From: a virus
Lineage: Duplodnaviria; Heunggongvirae; Uroviricota; Caudoviricetes
Strand: one strand, 5' to 3'
DNA length: 64,000 bases
IMG/VR virus record: IMGVR_UViG_3300031994_000001
Coordinates: 279,799 to 343,798 of that record
A model generated the notes under the pieces. The model saw only the letters and a program-made list of their open reading frames with translations. It was not told where the DNA came from and did no database searches. Positions 37,505 to 47,104 of the stretch are shown piece after piece; the stretch's first letter is position 1; the number at the start of each line of letters is the position of its first letter. A program made the position numbers and the translations under genes.

Positions 37505-37869
37505 TTTGAATCCTCGAAGCATTGAATAGGAATCTTGACAATGCCCAAGTCCGATTCGACTTTCGGATGCAGGGTGTTCCACCCCTGCGCAAGACCCGTC
37601 CACGCATAACTCGTGAAGTAGTTGAACGGGTTTTTGTATTTTTCGGGGTCGAAGTTGCGCCAATACCGCAGTATGTTCATCATAGCGTGAGCCTTGCAGT
37701 CCTCCGCATCTTCCTTTGAGTCGTAGTGGTTGCAACGGCTCACACGCTCAATAAGCATCTGACAATAGTTGATTGCGTTGTTCGTCAACTCGTCTTTTTC
37801 CAATGATATGAGCATTTCATTATAAAAGTCGGTCGGGTCAATATAATTCTTTCCTCTCTTGCGTCCCAT
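37501..37869 (-). CDS. gp55: Late-transcription sigma factor (gp55-like)
   Basis: NYID...F, NFDPEK..NPFNYFT motifs; consistent with TATAAATA promoters. Confidence 0.8.
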   Translation of the reverse strand: MGRKRGKNYIDPTDFYNEMLISLEKDELTNNAINYCQMLIERVSRCNHYDSKEDAEDCKAHAMMNILRYWRNFDPEKYKNPFNYFTSYAWTGLAQGWNTLHPKVESDLGIVKIPIQCFEDSN

Positions 37870-37945
37870 ATTGAATATTATGTTTATTACTATATAATAA
37901 AAAACACGAATGTTTGTTCGTGTTTTCGTATTTGATTAGTCCGAT

Positions 37946-38374
37946 TTACTTATTGTGCTTTCTTCTTTTCGGCGGGTATGTCACCTTCAGTTTCTTGTAT
38001 ATCGGATATTTCGGTTTGCGCTTTTTCTTTTCCAATTCGGGATACGCACTGACCAACCTGCTGTAACTCGAATAGGTCTCCACAATGTTCACACCCTTTT
38101 TCTTCACTCTGAACTGACGGAAGTTGTTTCTCTCCAAATCCCAATACTGTATGTAACCCATAGCCTTCAGCACCTCAATCGAATAGCAGTACACCCCTTT
38201 CGGTTTCCAATATTGTAGTATGTAACTGCCCATAAGCGTGCCGAATGCCTTTCTGTGAGAGCCGTCCTTCTTCGTGTACTCGAACACGACAAACCCCCTG
38301 CGCAGTGCATCCTTGATTGTCTTGCGCTTATAGGTCATTGATTCAAACAGTTCCTCGAATGTGTAGATTTCCAT
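37946..38374 (-). CDS. SH3/WYL-like domain protein with a basic tail and a leader
   Basis: VFEYTKKDGSHRKAFGTL and YWDLE.N.FR.F motifs; N-terminus MEIYTFEELFE/S. Confidence 0.75.
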   Translation of the reverse strand: MEIYTFEELFESMTYKRKTIKDALRRGFVVFEYTKKDGSHRKAFGTLMGSYILQYWKPKGVYCYSIEVLKAMGYIQYWDLERNNFRQFRVKKKGVNIVETYSSYSRLVSAYPELEKKKRKPKYPIYKKLKVTYPPKRRKHNK

Positions 38375-38376
38375 TG

Positions 38377-38925
38377 TTAGTCTTTGTTGAAGTATATACC
38401 GTTGTACTTGGAATCAGAACCCTTGTTGATTCTCACATAGCCTTTCGGCTTCTTTGTAACCAAGAATGTGACGGAAGTGTCAACCATAACGTGAGCGGTG
38501 TTCATAAACAGTCTGTTCACGAGCATCTTCACATAGTTCTTTGAACGGTCAACGAGAGCAAACGGAATCTTGTAGTCCTTGCCTCTGAAAGCGATGTCAA
38601 GCATAACACTAACCCTTTCCTCATCGTTTCTGTTTCTCACAACGGACTTGCCGCATTTTTTGGAGCGCATCTTGATTCCATTGATTTCCCAATTCACATA
38701 GTCGCCGTCAACCTCGTATTTGTCGCACATAATGGACGACACCGTTCCGTTGCCGCTGTCGAACTTGGCAACGAAATCACCGATTTCGGGAACGCTTATC
38801 ATTTCAAGATAGCCAACCCTCGTTAGTTCATCGGAGGACTTGTGGCGTTTCACACGCTTCTTTTCGCCACCGTTCTCATAAACAAGTTTCTCGCAGATAA
38901 AATTATCGTATGTCTTTATTTCCAT
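38377..38925 (-). CDS. RimB-like retropepsin-type aspartic protease with a leader
   Basis: VGYLE, AKFDSGNG, ER..V.LDI and F.LVDRS...ML motifs; N-terminus MEIKTYDNFICE/K; late promoter at 38944. Confidence 0.75.
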   Translation of the reverse strand: MEIKTYDNFICEKLVYENGGEKKRVKRHKSSDELTRVGYLEMISVPEIGDFVAKFDSGNGTVSSIMCDKYEVDGDYVNWEINGIKMRSKKCGKSVVRNRNDEERVSVMLDIAFRGKDYKIPFALVDRSKNYVKMLVNRLFMNTAHVMVDTSVTFLVTKKPKGYVRINKGSDSKYNGIYFNKD

Positions 38926-38993
38926 AATTCAAATATGTCATAATATTTATATCGGCTAACTTGCCGCCATTGAGACATTACCGACAATCTCGG

Positions 38994-39063
38994 TGTTGAT
39001 AACTTTGTTGATAACTTATTTCAAAAACCCGTTTTTCCGTATCTCATTTTTTTGTATTTTTGC
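38994..39063 (+). promoter_or_regulatory. Early promoter with tandem TGTTGATAA boxes
   Basis: Boxes at 38994 and 39006; TATTTTTG at 39055-39062. Confidence 0.75.
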
Positions 39064-39173
39064 GGCATTGATTCAAACAACGTTATTATGGTTAAAACAA
39101 GCCCAATTATGAAACAGATAACCCTTTCGGCAGCAATAAACAATATTAAAACGCAAATCTAAAACCTACGATT

Positions 39174-39914
39174 ATGAAAAATGTAGTATTCATTAACGAG
39201 GTGTTCGACAATGTGAACGGATACCTAAAATCACCAAATTTCCAAAAGTATGTGAGCGCAATAGCAAGACGACTATCGGTAAATGAAAACAGCGAGTTCT
39301 ATGACGACATCTCGCAAGAGTGTGCAATCGCCGTGATTGAGGCATTCAACACATTCGACCCGCAGAAGTGCGGTGGATTCAACTTCTTTTGGGGTCACGC
39401 CTACCCCCGTATGTACGAGTACGCAAAAAAGGAGTTGAACAAGCAAATCAATGTGGTGCATATCCCAATCAACAGAGCCAACTCCGCGTTCTCAAACGAG
39501 AAAAGGAAGTACGCTTACGAGCAGATAAAGCACACCTACGTGCGCGGTCTTATGTTCGAGAAAGTCACCGATTTGAACTGCGACATAGAGACCATTGAGG
39601 ATAACGAATCAGCATCGCACAACTTCCGTGCGTTAGTGCCAGAGAACAGAGATGTTTCCGATTTCAACGCATACCAAATTGCTATGTCATCAGACAACGA
39701 TGCCATAATTGACATTGCCGAAGCATTCAAACTGCTGCCAAACGATTGCAGGGATGTCGTGGGTATGAGGGTCGGAAGCATTCCAACGAACAACGGCAAG
39801 AACGACTACGATAGCATAGCGAAAACGCTTGGCATATCAAAGCGCAACGCCCAATACCTATACGCAAAGGGACGGGATTTCCTAAAAGAGAAACTGTCCT
39901 GCTACACAAAATGA
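39174..39914 (+). CDS. Sigma70-family RNA polymerase sigma factor
   Basis: DDISQE.. (region 2.2), FDPQK...F..HA and VVHIP; region 4 HTH IAKTLGIS. Confidence 0.85.
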   Translation: MKNVVFINEVFDNVNGYLKSPNFQKYVSAIARRLSVNENSEFYDDISQECAIAVIEAFNTFDPQKCGGFNFFWGHAYPRMYEYAKKELNKQINVVHIPINRANSAFSNEKRKYAYEQIKHTYVRGLMFEKVTDLNCDIETIEDNESASHNFRALVPENRDVSDFNAYQIAMSSDNDAIIDIAEAFKLLPNDCRDVVGMRVGSIPTNNGKNDYDSIAKTLGISKRNAQYLYAKGRDFLKEKLSCYTK

Positions 39915-39927
39915 CAATTCGACAAAG

Positions 39928-39962
39928 CAAAGACCGCAACGGGAATCCATTGCGGTCTTTTT
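39928..39962. terminator. Terminator between convergent genes
   Basis: aaagaccgcaa...ttgcggtcttt stem. Confidence 0.8.
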
Positions 39963-39993
39963 ACATATCGTCAAAGCCGTTGGCTACAAATCC

Positions 39994-40566
39994 TCAAAGG
40001 AACACAACCGAATCGTATCGGTCTTCAACTTCAACCGTATTTGCGGGGAACAGCATATTGCGGTAACTTTGCAGGATTGTCGTGTGTGTAGTCCAACCTG
40101 GCTCCGCGTAGCAAACGCTGTAAACCCCGTGGAGGTAAATGTCGTACAGTTCACGGAAATAAACGTGATAGCGGCTAACGGTATCGTCCAAGTAACCCCA
40201 TTGGCGTTCCTTTGATGTAGCCCAAACGGAGTTGCGTTGGTTGTCAAACTCGGATATGTCCCTCAAATAGTGGTTGCCCGAAACGTCATACGCGCCGAAT
40301 GCCATAGTGTAAGTCGGGTCAAGTTCGCTGTCAACCGTGAACCAATTGACACCCCAAATGTCGCCGAACACCCTACACAAGTCAAACGGGGCATATCTGT
40401 TGACATAAAAGTCGTACAGAGCGTCATATCCGTCAAACGTGAAATACTGATATTGGCGTGTTTGCTTTTTCCAAAGGAAAACCTGCACCTCTTTGAGTTC
40501 CATCTTGTAAACCCGAAGGGTGTCGAATAGGTCAATAATCAGTTTGAATGTAAGCAGTTCTATCAT
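39994..40566 (-). CDS. Hypothetical protein
   Basis: 190 aa ORF; late promoter at 40588. Confidence 0.6.
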   Translation of the reverse strand: MIELLTFKLIIDLFDTLRVYKMELKEVQVFLWKKQTRQYQYFTFDGYDALYDFYVNRYAPFDLCRVFGDIWGVNWFTVDSELDPTYTMAFGAYDVSGNHYLRDISEFDNQRNSVWATSKERQWGYLDDTVSRYHVYFRELYDIYLHGVYSVCYAEPGWTTHTTILQSYRNMLFPANTVEVEDRYDSVVFL

Positions 40567-40615
40567 ATATCGCTGTAATATACGATATATTTATAAGACC
40601 GCCGCCGTCAACGAG

Positions 40616-40867
40616 TTAGAATCGTGCGAAAATCCTATCCTCCTTCAGACACTCGTAATCCTTATTTCCTATCCTTACGGGGGTGGTATGACCTATCGGT
40701 TTAAGTATCTTATCACCGACCTTGAAGTGAGAGCCTTCGCATACCGCAACAACCACGGCTACCCTTTGGTAGTTCTGCTTCGGCAATATGATTCCGCTTT
40801 CAGTTTTTTCTTCCATAATAGGCTCGTCCTTAATCATAACGTAGCCGTTTTTCATATCAATCTTCAT
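40616..40867 (-). CDS. groES: GroES-like co-chaperonin
   Basis: EEKTESGIILP mobile loop, VVAV and VGD motifs. Confidence 0.85.
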   Translation of the reverse strand: MKIDMKNGYVMIKDEPIMEEKTESGIILPKQNYQRVAVVVAVCEGSHFKVGDKILKPIGHTTPVRIGNKDYECLKEDRIFARF

Positions 40868-40878
40868 ATATGTTCGTG

Positions 40879-41529
40879 TTAAAACAATTTCGGTTCTTTC
40901 GGTTCTTCCGCCACTTCGCCGTTCTGCATTTCAGCCTTTACCTTTGAAGCGGCAGCGTCTATCAGTTTCATCAAATCCCTCGAACTGCGGGTCTTTGCAC
41001 TTATGGCATCGGCATCTTCCGCAGTCTCCACCTCAACAGCAGCGGTCATTTCGACATCAGAGGTGATTTGCTTGAACGATTCCTCTATCGAAGTGAGGTA
41101 CATATTTTTCGTTTTGAGGAGTTCGACCTCCGTTTTCTGCAAGTCGGTAAAGCATTTAACAAGGTTCGGGTTTATGAACCCGACCAATATGCTGTTGGCG
41201 ACTGCCTTGATTACGTCCTCGGTCAGTTCGACTTGGTAGATTATCTTGCCAAGACTGTCGGCATCCGCTTTCGCCTTGAACTGAACATAGTCAATGTCGT
41301 TTGAATTTTTGCTGTAAAGGTTCTTTGCCGATGACACAATCTCATCAGCAGCCTTTTTTGCTGTAATGGCACGCTCTATCATTTCCTTGTCGCGTTCCTC
41401 ACGCGCCCTGCGCAGGGTTTCCTCGTCATTTTCCTCGAACACAAGCGTATTGTCTTCGAGCAAATTGTCAACCGTGCCGTCATTGAAATCGTCAAGGATT
41501 TCCTTTATTTCATCTGCGTTACTGCTCAT
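40879..41529 (-). CDS. Hypothetical helical acidic protein
   Basis: 216 aa ORF. Confidence 0.65.
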   Translation of the reverse strand: MSSNADEIKEILDDFNDGTVDNLLEDNTLVFEENDEETLRRAREERDKEMIERAITAKKAADEIVSSAKNLYSKNSNDIDYVQFKAKADADSLGKIIYQVELTEDVIKAVANSILVGFINPNLVKCFTDLQKTEVELLKTKNMYLTSIEESFKQITSDVEMTAAVEVETAEDADAISAKTRSSRDLMKLIDAAASKVKAEMQNGEVAEEPKEPKLF

Positions 41530-41836
41530 TTTCGTTTATCAATGTTGTATTGCCTCCCGTTGAGGTTGACCAACCGCCGCTACCATATCCACGCAACGGG
41601 CAGTTGATACAATCCCTGCAAGGATTAGGACAGTGCGCCCAATCGGTACAATTCTGATTGTCTTGTGTGGGAACGGGAACATAAATTGGATTCCTGCTGC
41701 CCAACAACGCCGCATCAAGCGCGTCATTGCAGGCAATAAGCATATCAATCAACTCGGCTTTTGATTTCTTCGAGTAGATTTTCCTCGCTTCCTCACGGGT
41801 AAGTTGTCTTATTGTTACAATATCTGAATTTTCCAT
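41519..41836 (-). CDS. Hypothetical protein with a Cys cluster
   Basis: CxxxxxCxNPxxDCINCP pattern. Confidence 0.6.
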   Translation of the reverse strand: MENSDIVTIRQLTREEARKIYSKKSKAELIDMLIACNDALDAALLGSRNPIYVPVPTQDNQNCTDWAHCPNPCRDCINCPLRGYGSGGWSTSTGGNTTLINENEQ

Positions 41837-41898
41837 ATCCTTTTATTTATATCAACAACCTTATAAATATATAATAAAAATCTCAAAAAAGTGAATAT

Positions 41899-43794
41899 AT
41901 GAAAACTTTTCAAGAAACCATACAATCAAACGGGCTTGAATTTGTAAGAGACCTTATGAACGGCTACACGATGGTGTACGAGAAAATCAACGCATCAACC
42001 CTATCGTTCAAACGAATTGACGACACCCTCTATTTCTACAAGGGTCGCAACAACGAGGAAATCAACAGCATCAATTCTATGCTGTACTCCTACTTCCAAA
42101 ACGGAATAGACCACGTTAAGAGAACAAGCCTCATTTGGTACAAGGAACTCCCAGAGAATTGGCTGTTCAGAATGCAATATGTCATTCAGAACGACAACAA
42201 TATGATTAACTACAACAATATGCCGCAGAACAATCTGATTCTGTCCTGCATAGACACGGGCAACACGATTATCGAAGACCCCAATGTGCTGAAGAAATGG
42301 GCTGACCGATTGCAGATTGACTACACGCAACCCGTGTTCAACGGATTCCTTTCGGAGTTCCAAAAGGAGAGATTGGTCGAATACCTGCAAAACGGAGACC
42401 TCAACGGAATATCGTTCTCGCAGTATGTCATCAGCCTGCTCAACCCGAATCTCACGCACAGCGCGTTAAGCGATGAGTTTATGGGCGGCATTGACAGTTT
42501 CATATTCAAGTTCTACAAGCCAGGCGCGAAGAAATCAACAACACTTAAACTCATTGACCCGTATATGTCCGCACTCATCAAGCAAAACAAGCACGAGTTC
42601 GGAAAGATAGACGGCACTGAATCCGAGGTCATTCTTGCCAACTTCATAGCATACTTGCAAACGGTGAATCTCAACGACATAAAGGCTGACGGCGAAACCG
42701 AGGACGAAAGGTACATTGACGTTATCTGCAAACTCTTCAACAACTACATCAAGAAAGAGCAGGAACTTATCAAGGGTATGAAAGGCGGCGTGAACGAATC
42801 CTATTCGGTGAACCTTGACAAAATCAAGAACGAGGAAACCGTTGAACTTCTGCGCAGCAACCCAAGCCTAACCACCGTGTTCCAAATCATAACGGGTATG
42901 TTTATGAACAAAAAAAGCGAGAACAATCCGAACTCCCTAATCAGCGGCAGCGTTATGGACGCATTCAACAAAGAGGTGAGCGATATTTGGAATCACGTTG
43001 CGGACAAAACCACATCAGTTCAATCGTTCAAAGAACTTATGGGCGGTGACAAAACAGAGGAAACACCCGAAAAGGTGCTGACATTCTCCGAGTTTATGAC
43101 GAGCATCGGCAAGGCTGACGAATACTCTGATGACGACAACGGCGGCAAGGAAACCGAACACAAGGAATCCAAACCAAAAGAGACCGAACATCACGAGGAA
43201 GCCCACACCGAACCCGACAAATCCGAAAATACCGACAACGGTGACGGAGGTAAATCCGAACCAAGCAAAACGGAATCTGACGGCGGTGAAAAATCAGAAC
43301 CCGAACAAAAAACAGAACCCGAACACACGGAAAAGACAGAACCCGAAAAGGAAGAAAAAACCGAAGACGGAGAAAAGAAAGACGATGGTGAATCCGAGAG
43401 CAACAAAGAAAACAATGACGGAGAAACAAAGGACAACAAAGACAACAAAGAGGAATCTGACAAAGGAGAGTCCGATAAAGGAGAATCCGACAAAAAAGAA
43501 AACGAACACAAGGGTTGGGGTGACGAAGGAGACGGAAAAAAATCAGAAAAGGATTCCGACAAAGGCGAAGGAGAATCCGACAAAGGAGAATCCGATAAAT
43601 CCGACAAATCCGATGAAGGAAAGTCCAATGACGAGCCAAAGGAAGAAAAAGAACCAAAGACCGAAAAGGACGATACATCAAAAAAGGACAATACATCCAA
43701 AAAGGACGATACATCCGAAAAGAAAGAGAAACCCGAAAAGAATGATAAACCAAGCAAAGACGACAAATCAGATGACGGAGGAATAACATTGTAA
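41899..43794 (+). CDS. Late protein with a ligase-like N-terminal domain (weak) and a long disordered charged tail
   Basis: MKTFQE start; YEKINA resembles nucleotidyltransferase motif I; about 220 aa of E/K/D/S/G-rich tail. Confidence 0.6.
   Translation: MKTFQETIQSNGLEFVRDLMNGYTMVYEKINASTLSFKRIDDTLYFYKGRNNEEINSINSMLYSYFQNGIDHVKRTSLIWYKELPENWLFRMQYVIQNDNNMINYNNMPQNNLILSCIDTGNTIIEDPNVLKKWADRLQIDYTQPVFNGFLSEFQKERLVEYLQNGDLNGISFSQYVISLLNPNLTHSALSDEFMGGIDSFIFKFYKPGAKKSTTLKLIDPYMSALIKQNKHEFGKIDGTESEVILANFIAYLQTVNLNDIKADGETEDERYIDVICKLFNNYIKKEQELIKGMKGGVNESYSVNLDKIKNEETVELLRSNPSLTTVFQIITGMFMNKKSENNPNSLISGSVMDAFNKEVSDIWNHVADKTTSVQSFKELMGGDKTEETPEKVLTFSEFMTSIGKADEYSDDDNGGKETEHKESKPKETEHHEEAHTEPDKSENTDNGDGGKSEPSKTESDGGEKSEPEQKTEPEHTEKTEPEKEEKTEDGEKKDDGESESNKENNDGETKDNKDNKEESDKGESDKGESDKKENEHKGWGDEGDGKKSEKDSDKGEGESDKGESDKSDKSDEGKSNDEPKEEKEPKTEKDDTSKKDNTSKKDDTSEKKEKPEKNDKPSKDDKSDDGGITL
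43130..43785 (+). repeat. Low-complexity coding repeats (GESDK, KTEPE, KKDDTS)
   Basis: 15- and 18-bp imperfect tandem units, for example ggagaatccgacaaa. Confidence 0.8.
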
Positions 43795-43800
43795 TCCGCT

Positions 43801-44676
43801 ATGGAAATAATGCGTTCAAACGAGTTAAACGAAAAACTTAACATTCAGCCAAGGTCAAAGTCGGACATTGGCAAATGCTTGGATAGGGCTAAAAAGGATG
43901 CCTACGCCAAACAGAAGTTCATAGAAGATAACCGTCTCGTTTATAACAAAAAAGAGAATGTCTATGACTGTCACGGCGATGTCACCGTAGAAGAAGAGCA
44001 TTTGACACAAAACGGCATTATTCCAGTGAAACTCGGACAGGTTCTCGGCAATTTTTTCTGTTACAATACATCCATCAAATCTCTGACAAATTCCCCTGCA
44101 AGGGTAAACGGCGGATTCAACTGTCACGAATGTAAAAATCTGAAATCGCTGAAAGGCGCACCCATATATGTAGGCAAGGATTTCGACTGCGTTAAATGCG
44201 AAAACCTCGAATCACTCGAAGGCGCACCCGAATATGTCGGTCTCGCATTTATGTGCCACAGTTGCACAAGTCTGAAAAACCTTATAGGCGCACCCGAATA
44301 TGTTGGCGGAACATTCACTTGCGGCGGTTGCACAAATCTTGAAACTCTTGAAGGCGCACCGAAAAAAGTCGGCGGCGATTTCGCCTGCCACGAATGCGGA
44401 AAATTAACATCGCTCAAAGGCGCACCAGAATATGTCGGCAAAGACTTGTTCGTAAGGGACTGTAAAAATCTCGAAACACTTGAAGGCGCACCCGAATATG
44501 TCTCCGAAACATTTTACTGCCTATTCTGCAAAAAACTCACAATAGATACCGAACACTTCTATTCAAAAATGCCTAAACACATAAAAGACATTCGCATAAA
44601 GGGCATAGGGTTCGGCAGATTTGTCACAAGAATAGCCAAAAGGTATTCACAGTTTAACAGTGTGTACGAGCGTTAA
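43801..44676 (+). CDS. LRR-like protein (LxSLEGAPxYVG repeats of about 23 aa) with the two-part leader
   Basis: About 7 repeats; N-terminus MEIMRSNELNEKLNIQPRSK. Confidence 0.8.
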   Translation: MEIMRSNELNEKLNIQPRSKSDIGKCLDRAKKDAYAKQKFIEDNRLVYNKKENVYDCHGDVTVEEEHLTQNGIIPVKLGQVLGNFFCYNTSIKSLTNSPARVNGGFNCHECKNLKSLKGAPIYVGKDFDCVKCENLESLEGAPEYVGLAFMCHSCTSLKNLIGAPEYVGGTFTCGGCTNLETLEGAPKKVGGDFACHECGKLTSLKGAPEYVGKDLFVRDCKNLETLEGAPEYVSETFYCLFCKKLTIDTEHFYSKMPKHIKDIRIKGIGFGRFVTRIAKRYSQFNSVYER

Positions 44677-44704
44677 AATATAAATATATAAACAAATAAC
44701 AATT

Positions 44705-45331
44705 ATGAAAATATTACTCACCGAACAATATTCGGAACTTATAACCGAAATGGCGGCTATCAAAAAAGTCGCGCAGGAAATTGACGACTTCTTTGAAATG
44801 CTTAAAGCACACAAAAACACATTCGCCTACGTATATACGGCTAACACTATGGACGGCAAACTCAAAAAGAAATTCGTGAACGCCGAGGGATTGACTGTTG
44901 AAAACCCTATGCTTGGCAAACTGTTCAAGGTCACTACATACAAGTTCAACTTCGGTCGCACATACAGAGAGGCTGTCAACAGAAAGAACCCCCAATGGCA
45001 GGTTCAGAACAGACGCGAGTGGAATGCCAAACTGCAAGGGTTCAGAATGACGGAGTTCAACGAGAAAGGTGACTTGTTCTTCACTATTGCCGACTTCACA
45101 TCAAAAACAAGGTATTTTATGCTTGACGACAACAGCATTCCGTATGAAGTGACAATGAACGATATTGACGGGTATTTGAAACCATCGTCAAAAACAACAA
45201 AAGTGAGCGGGTCTGGCGTTAATTTCCGCAAATTAAATGTGAATAAAATATACCGTTTCAACGCGGGTGGTAAAACTTGGAACAACAAGATTTTCCTCTA
45301 TCCGATTCTTGACCCAATTTTACGGAAATAA
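44705..45331 (+). CDS. Basic hypothetical protein with a leader
   Basis: MKILLTEQYSELITE/M; late promoter at 44679. Confidence 0.7.
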   Translation: MKILLTEQYSELITEMAAIKKVAQEIDDFFEMLKAHKNTFAYVYTANTMDGKLKKKFVNAEGLTVENPMLGKLFKVTTYKFNFGRTYREAVNRKNPQWQVQNRREWNAKLQGFRMTEFNEKGDLFFTIADFTSKTRYFMLDDNSIPYEVTMNDIDGYLKPSSKTTKVSGSGVNFRKLNVNKIYRFNAGGKTWNNKIFLYPILDPILRK

Positions 45332-45366
45332 CAAACATATTCAATAACCAACCAAATCAAAACACT

Positions 45367-45669
45367 ATGGGAATCATATCAAGACTGTTCCACAAATGCG
45401 GCGAACACCTTGAATACATTGAAGGAACGCGCTTCCCCGAAAAAGGAACAACGGGCTTGGGCAAAGTATGGAAAAACTACCGTTGCAATGTATGCGGCAA
45501 AATGTATATGTCTTGTGGAAACAAGTTGCATAGAATCCAATTCCAAGATGCGAAACCTATCAAAATGACGATAGGCGGCTGCACGGTGACAAAACAAATA
45601 AAATTTGACAAAACAGTATATGAAAAAGTTGTCGGACTACACCAAAAAGAAGGAACAACAACCGATTGA
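45367..45669 (+). CDS. Small Zn-finger-like hypothetical protein
   Basis: CxxH...CxxCGK pattern. Confidence 0.55.
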   Translation: MGIISRLFHKCGEHLEYIEGTRFPEKGTTGLGKVWKNYRCNVCGKMYMSCGNKLHRIQFQDAKPIKMTIGGCTVTKQIKFDKTVYEKVVGLHQKEGTTTD

Positions 45670-46087
45670 CGTATCACTCGGAAAATGCTTCGGCGATGGC
45701 GGGTACTGCTGCACCAATGTAAGTGCGGCAGATTTGTTTCTGCGTATAATGCCGCAACTGAACAGTCTGTTCAAATCCGAACTTCTGCAACTGAAGGATA
45801 ACCCGAAATTCTCCAACGAACTGTCACCCGCCGCCGTGAACTACTACGGAAGCGACAACAAAATCATAGCGACATACAAGCGCGAGGTTATGCGCAAGAT
45901 ACCGACACGATTGACACCATTCGCAAAATCTGCGACATACGTGCCTACGGTCACACACAATGTCATAAGTTTCGGCGACAGTTGCGACAGAGACAAGTTC
46001 ATTGAGAAATGCAAGGAACTGTCAAACGGTGTGATTGACTTCGACAAGTACATAGCGCAATCAATACAGAACAAAGAACAACAATAG
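45620..46087 (+). CDS. Hypothetical protein
   Basis: ORF with typical codon usage; start uncertain. Confidence 0.55.
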   Translation: MKKLSDYTKKKEQQPIDVSLGKCFGDGGYCCTNVSAADLFLRIMPQLNSLFKSELLQLKDNPKFSNELSPAAVNYYGSDNKIIATYKREVMRKIPTRLTPFAKSATYVPTVTHNVISFGDSCDRDKFIEKCKELSNGVIDFDKYIAQSIQNKEQQ

Positions 46088-46093
46088 GCAAAA

Positions 46094-47101
46094 ATGGAAA
46101 TACTCAAATCAGAACAATACATAAACGAGAAACTGAACATCAAGCCCGTCACGAAAGATAGGATTGATAGCATATATGCTGAAATGTATAAAGACCTTGC
46201 TAAAAAATACAACCTTGTTTGGAACAAAAGTACAAAAAGGTTTGACTGTGACGGTGACGTGGAAATTGATGCAGACGATATTGTTGACGGAAAATTACCT
46301 TTGCCATTCGGCGTAATAAAAGGCAACTTCTACTGTTCTGGACGCACTGACAAAAAAGTATTCGATGACCCACTTGCATACACGGGCAAAGAACTTACAA
46401 CACTCGAAAACGCGCCAACAGAAGTTGGAAAAACATTTGATTGTTCATATAATAAACTGACAACACTTGAAGGCGCACCAAAGAAAGTTGGTATGGATTT
46501 TTATTGCCCATATAATTTACTAACATCTCTTAAAGGTTCTTCAGAATATGTCGGACACGATTTTAGTTGCTATGGGAATAAACTGACAACACTTGAAGGC
46601 GCACCAAAGAAAGTAGAATACAGTTTTTATTGTAGTAATAACAAACTAACATCGCTAAAAGGCGCACCTCAAAGATTAAAAGTTGATTTTGATTGCAGTC
46701 ACAACAATCTGACAACACTCGAAGGCGCACCGTCAAAAATAGGATGTATGGAAGATTGCACATTTGATTGCAGTTATAACCAACTAACATCACTTGAACA
46801 CGCACCTTGGGGCGGTAATGGTGGAATAAGATATTTTATTTGTGACAACAACAAATTAACAACACTCGAAGGAGCGTGTAATTACATAGAACGTGATTTC
46901 AGTTGCAAAAACAATGAACTCAAATCCCTTGAAGGCGCACCACAAACAGTTGGAAGAAATTTTGATTGTTCAAATAACAACCTAAAAACACTTGACATAC
47001 ATCCCGAAATTGTTGAAGGCTCATTCACTTGTAAAAACAACAAAGATTTAGTGTTGCCGAAAAGAAAACCGAGATGGATAAAAGACAAATTTATAAAATA
47101 A
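46094..47101 (+). CDS. LRR-like protein (22-aa NKLTTLEGAP repeats) with the two-part leader
   Basis: About 9 repeats; N-terminus MEILKSEQYINEKLNIKPVTKDRI. Confidence 0.8.
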   Translation: MEILKSEQYINEKLNIKPVTKDRIDSIYAEMYKDLAKKYNLVWNKSTKRFDCDGDVEIDADDIVDGKLPLPFGVIKGNFYCSGRTDKKVFDDPLAYTGKELTTLENAPTEVGKTFDCSYNKLTTLEGAPKKVGMDFYCPYNLLTSLKGSSEYVGHDFSCYGNKLTTLEGAPKKVEYSFYCSNNKLTSLKGAPQRLKVDFDCSHNNLTTLEGAPSKIGCMEDCTFDCSYNQLTSLEHAPWGGNGGIRYFICDNNKLTTLEGACNYIERDFSCKNNELKSLEGAPQTVGRNFDCSNNNLKTLDIHPEIVEGSFTCKNNKDLVLPKRKPRWIKDKFIK

Positions 47102-47104
47102 GTT

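Noticed and set aside
43094-43844. Long alternative-frame and antisense ORFs (also 2495-3043, 8425-9141, 57838-58599)
   Set aside because: These are shadows of codon bias and low-complexity sequence in the real genes.
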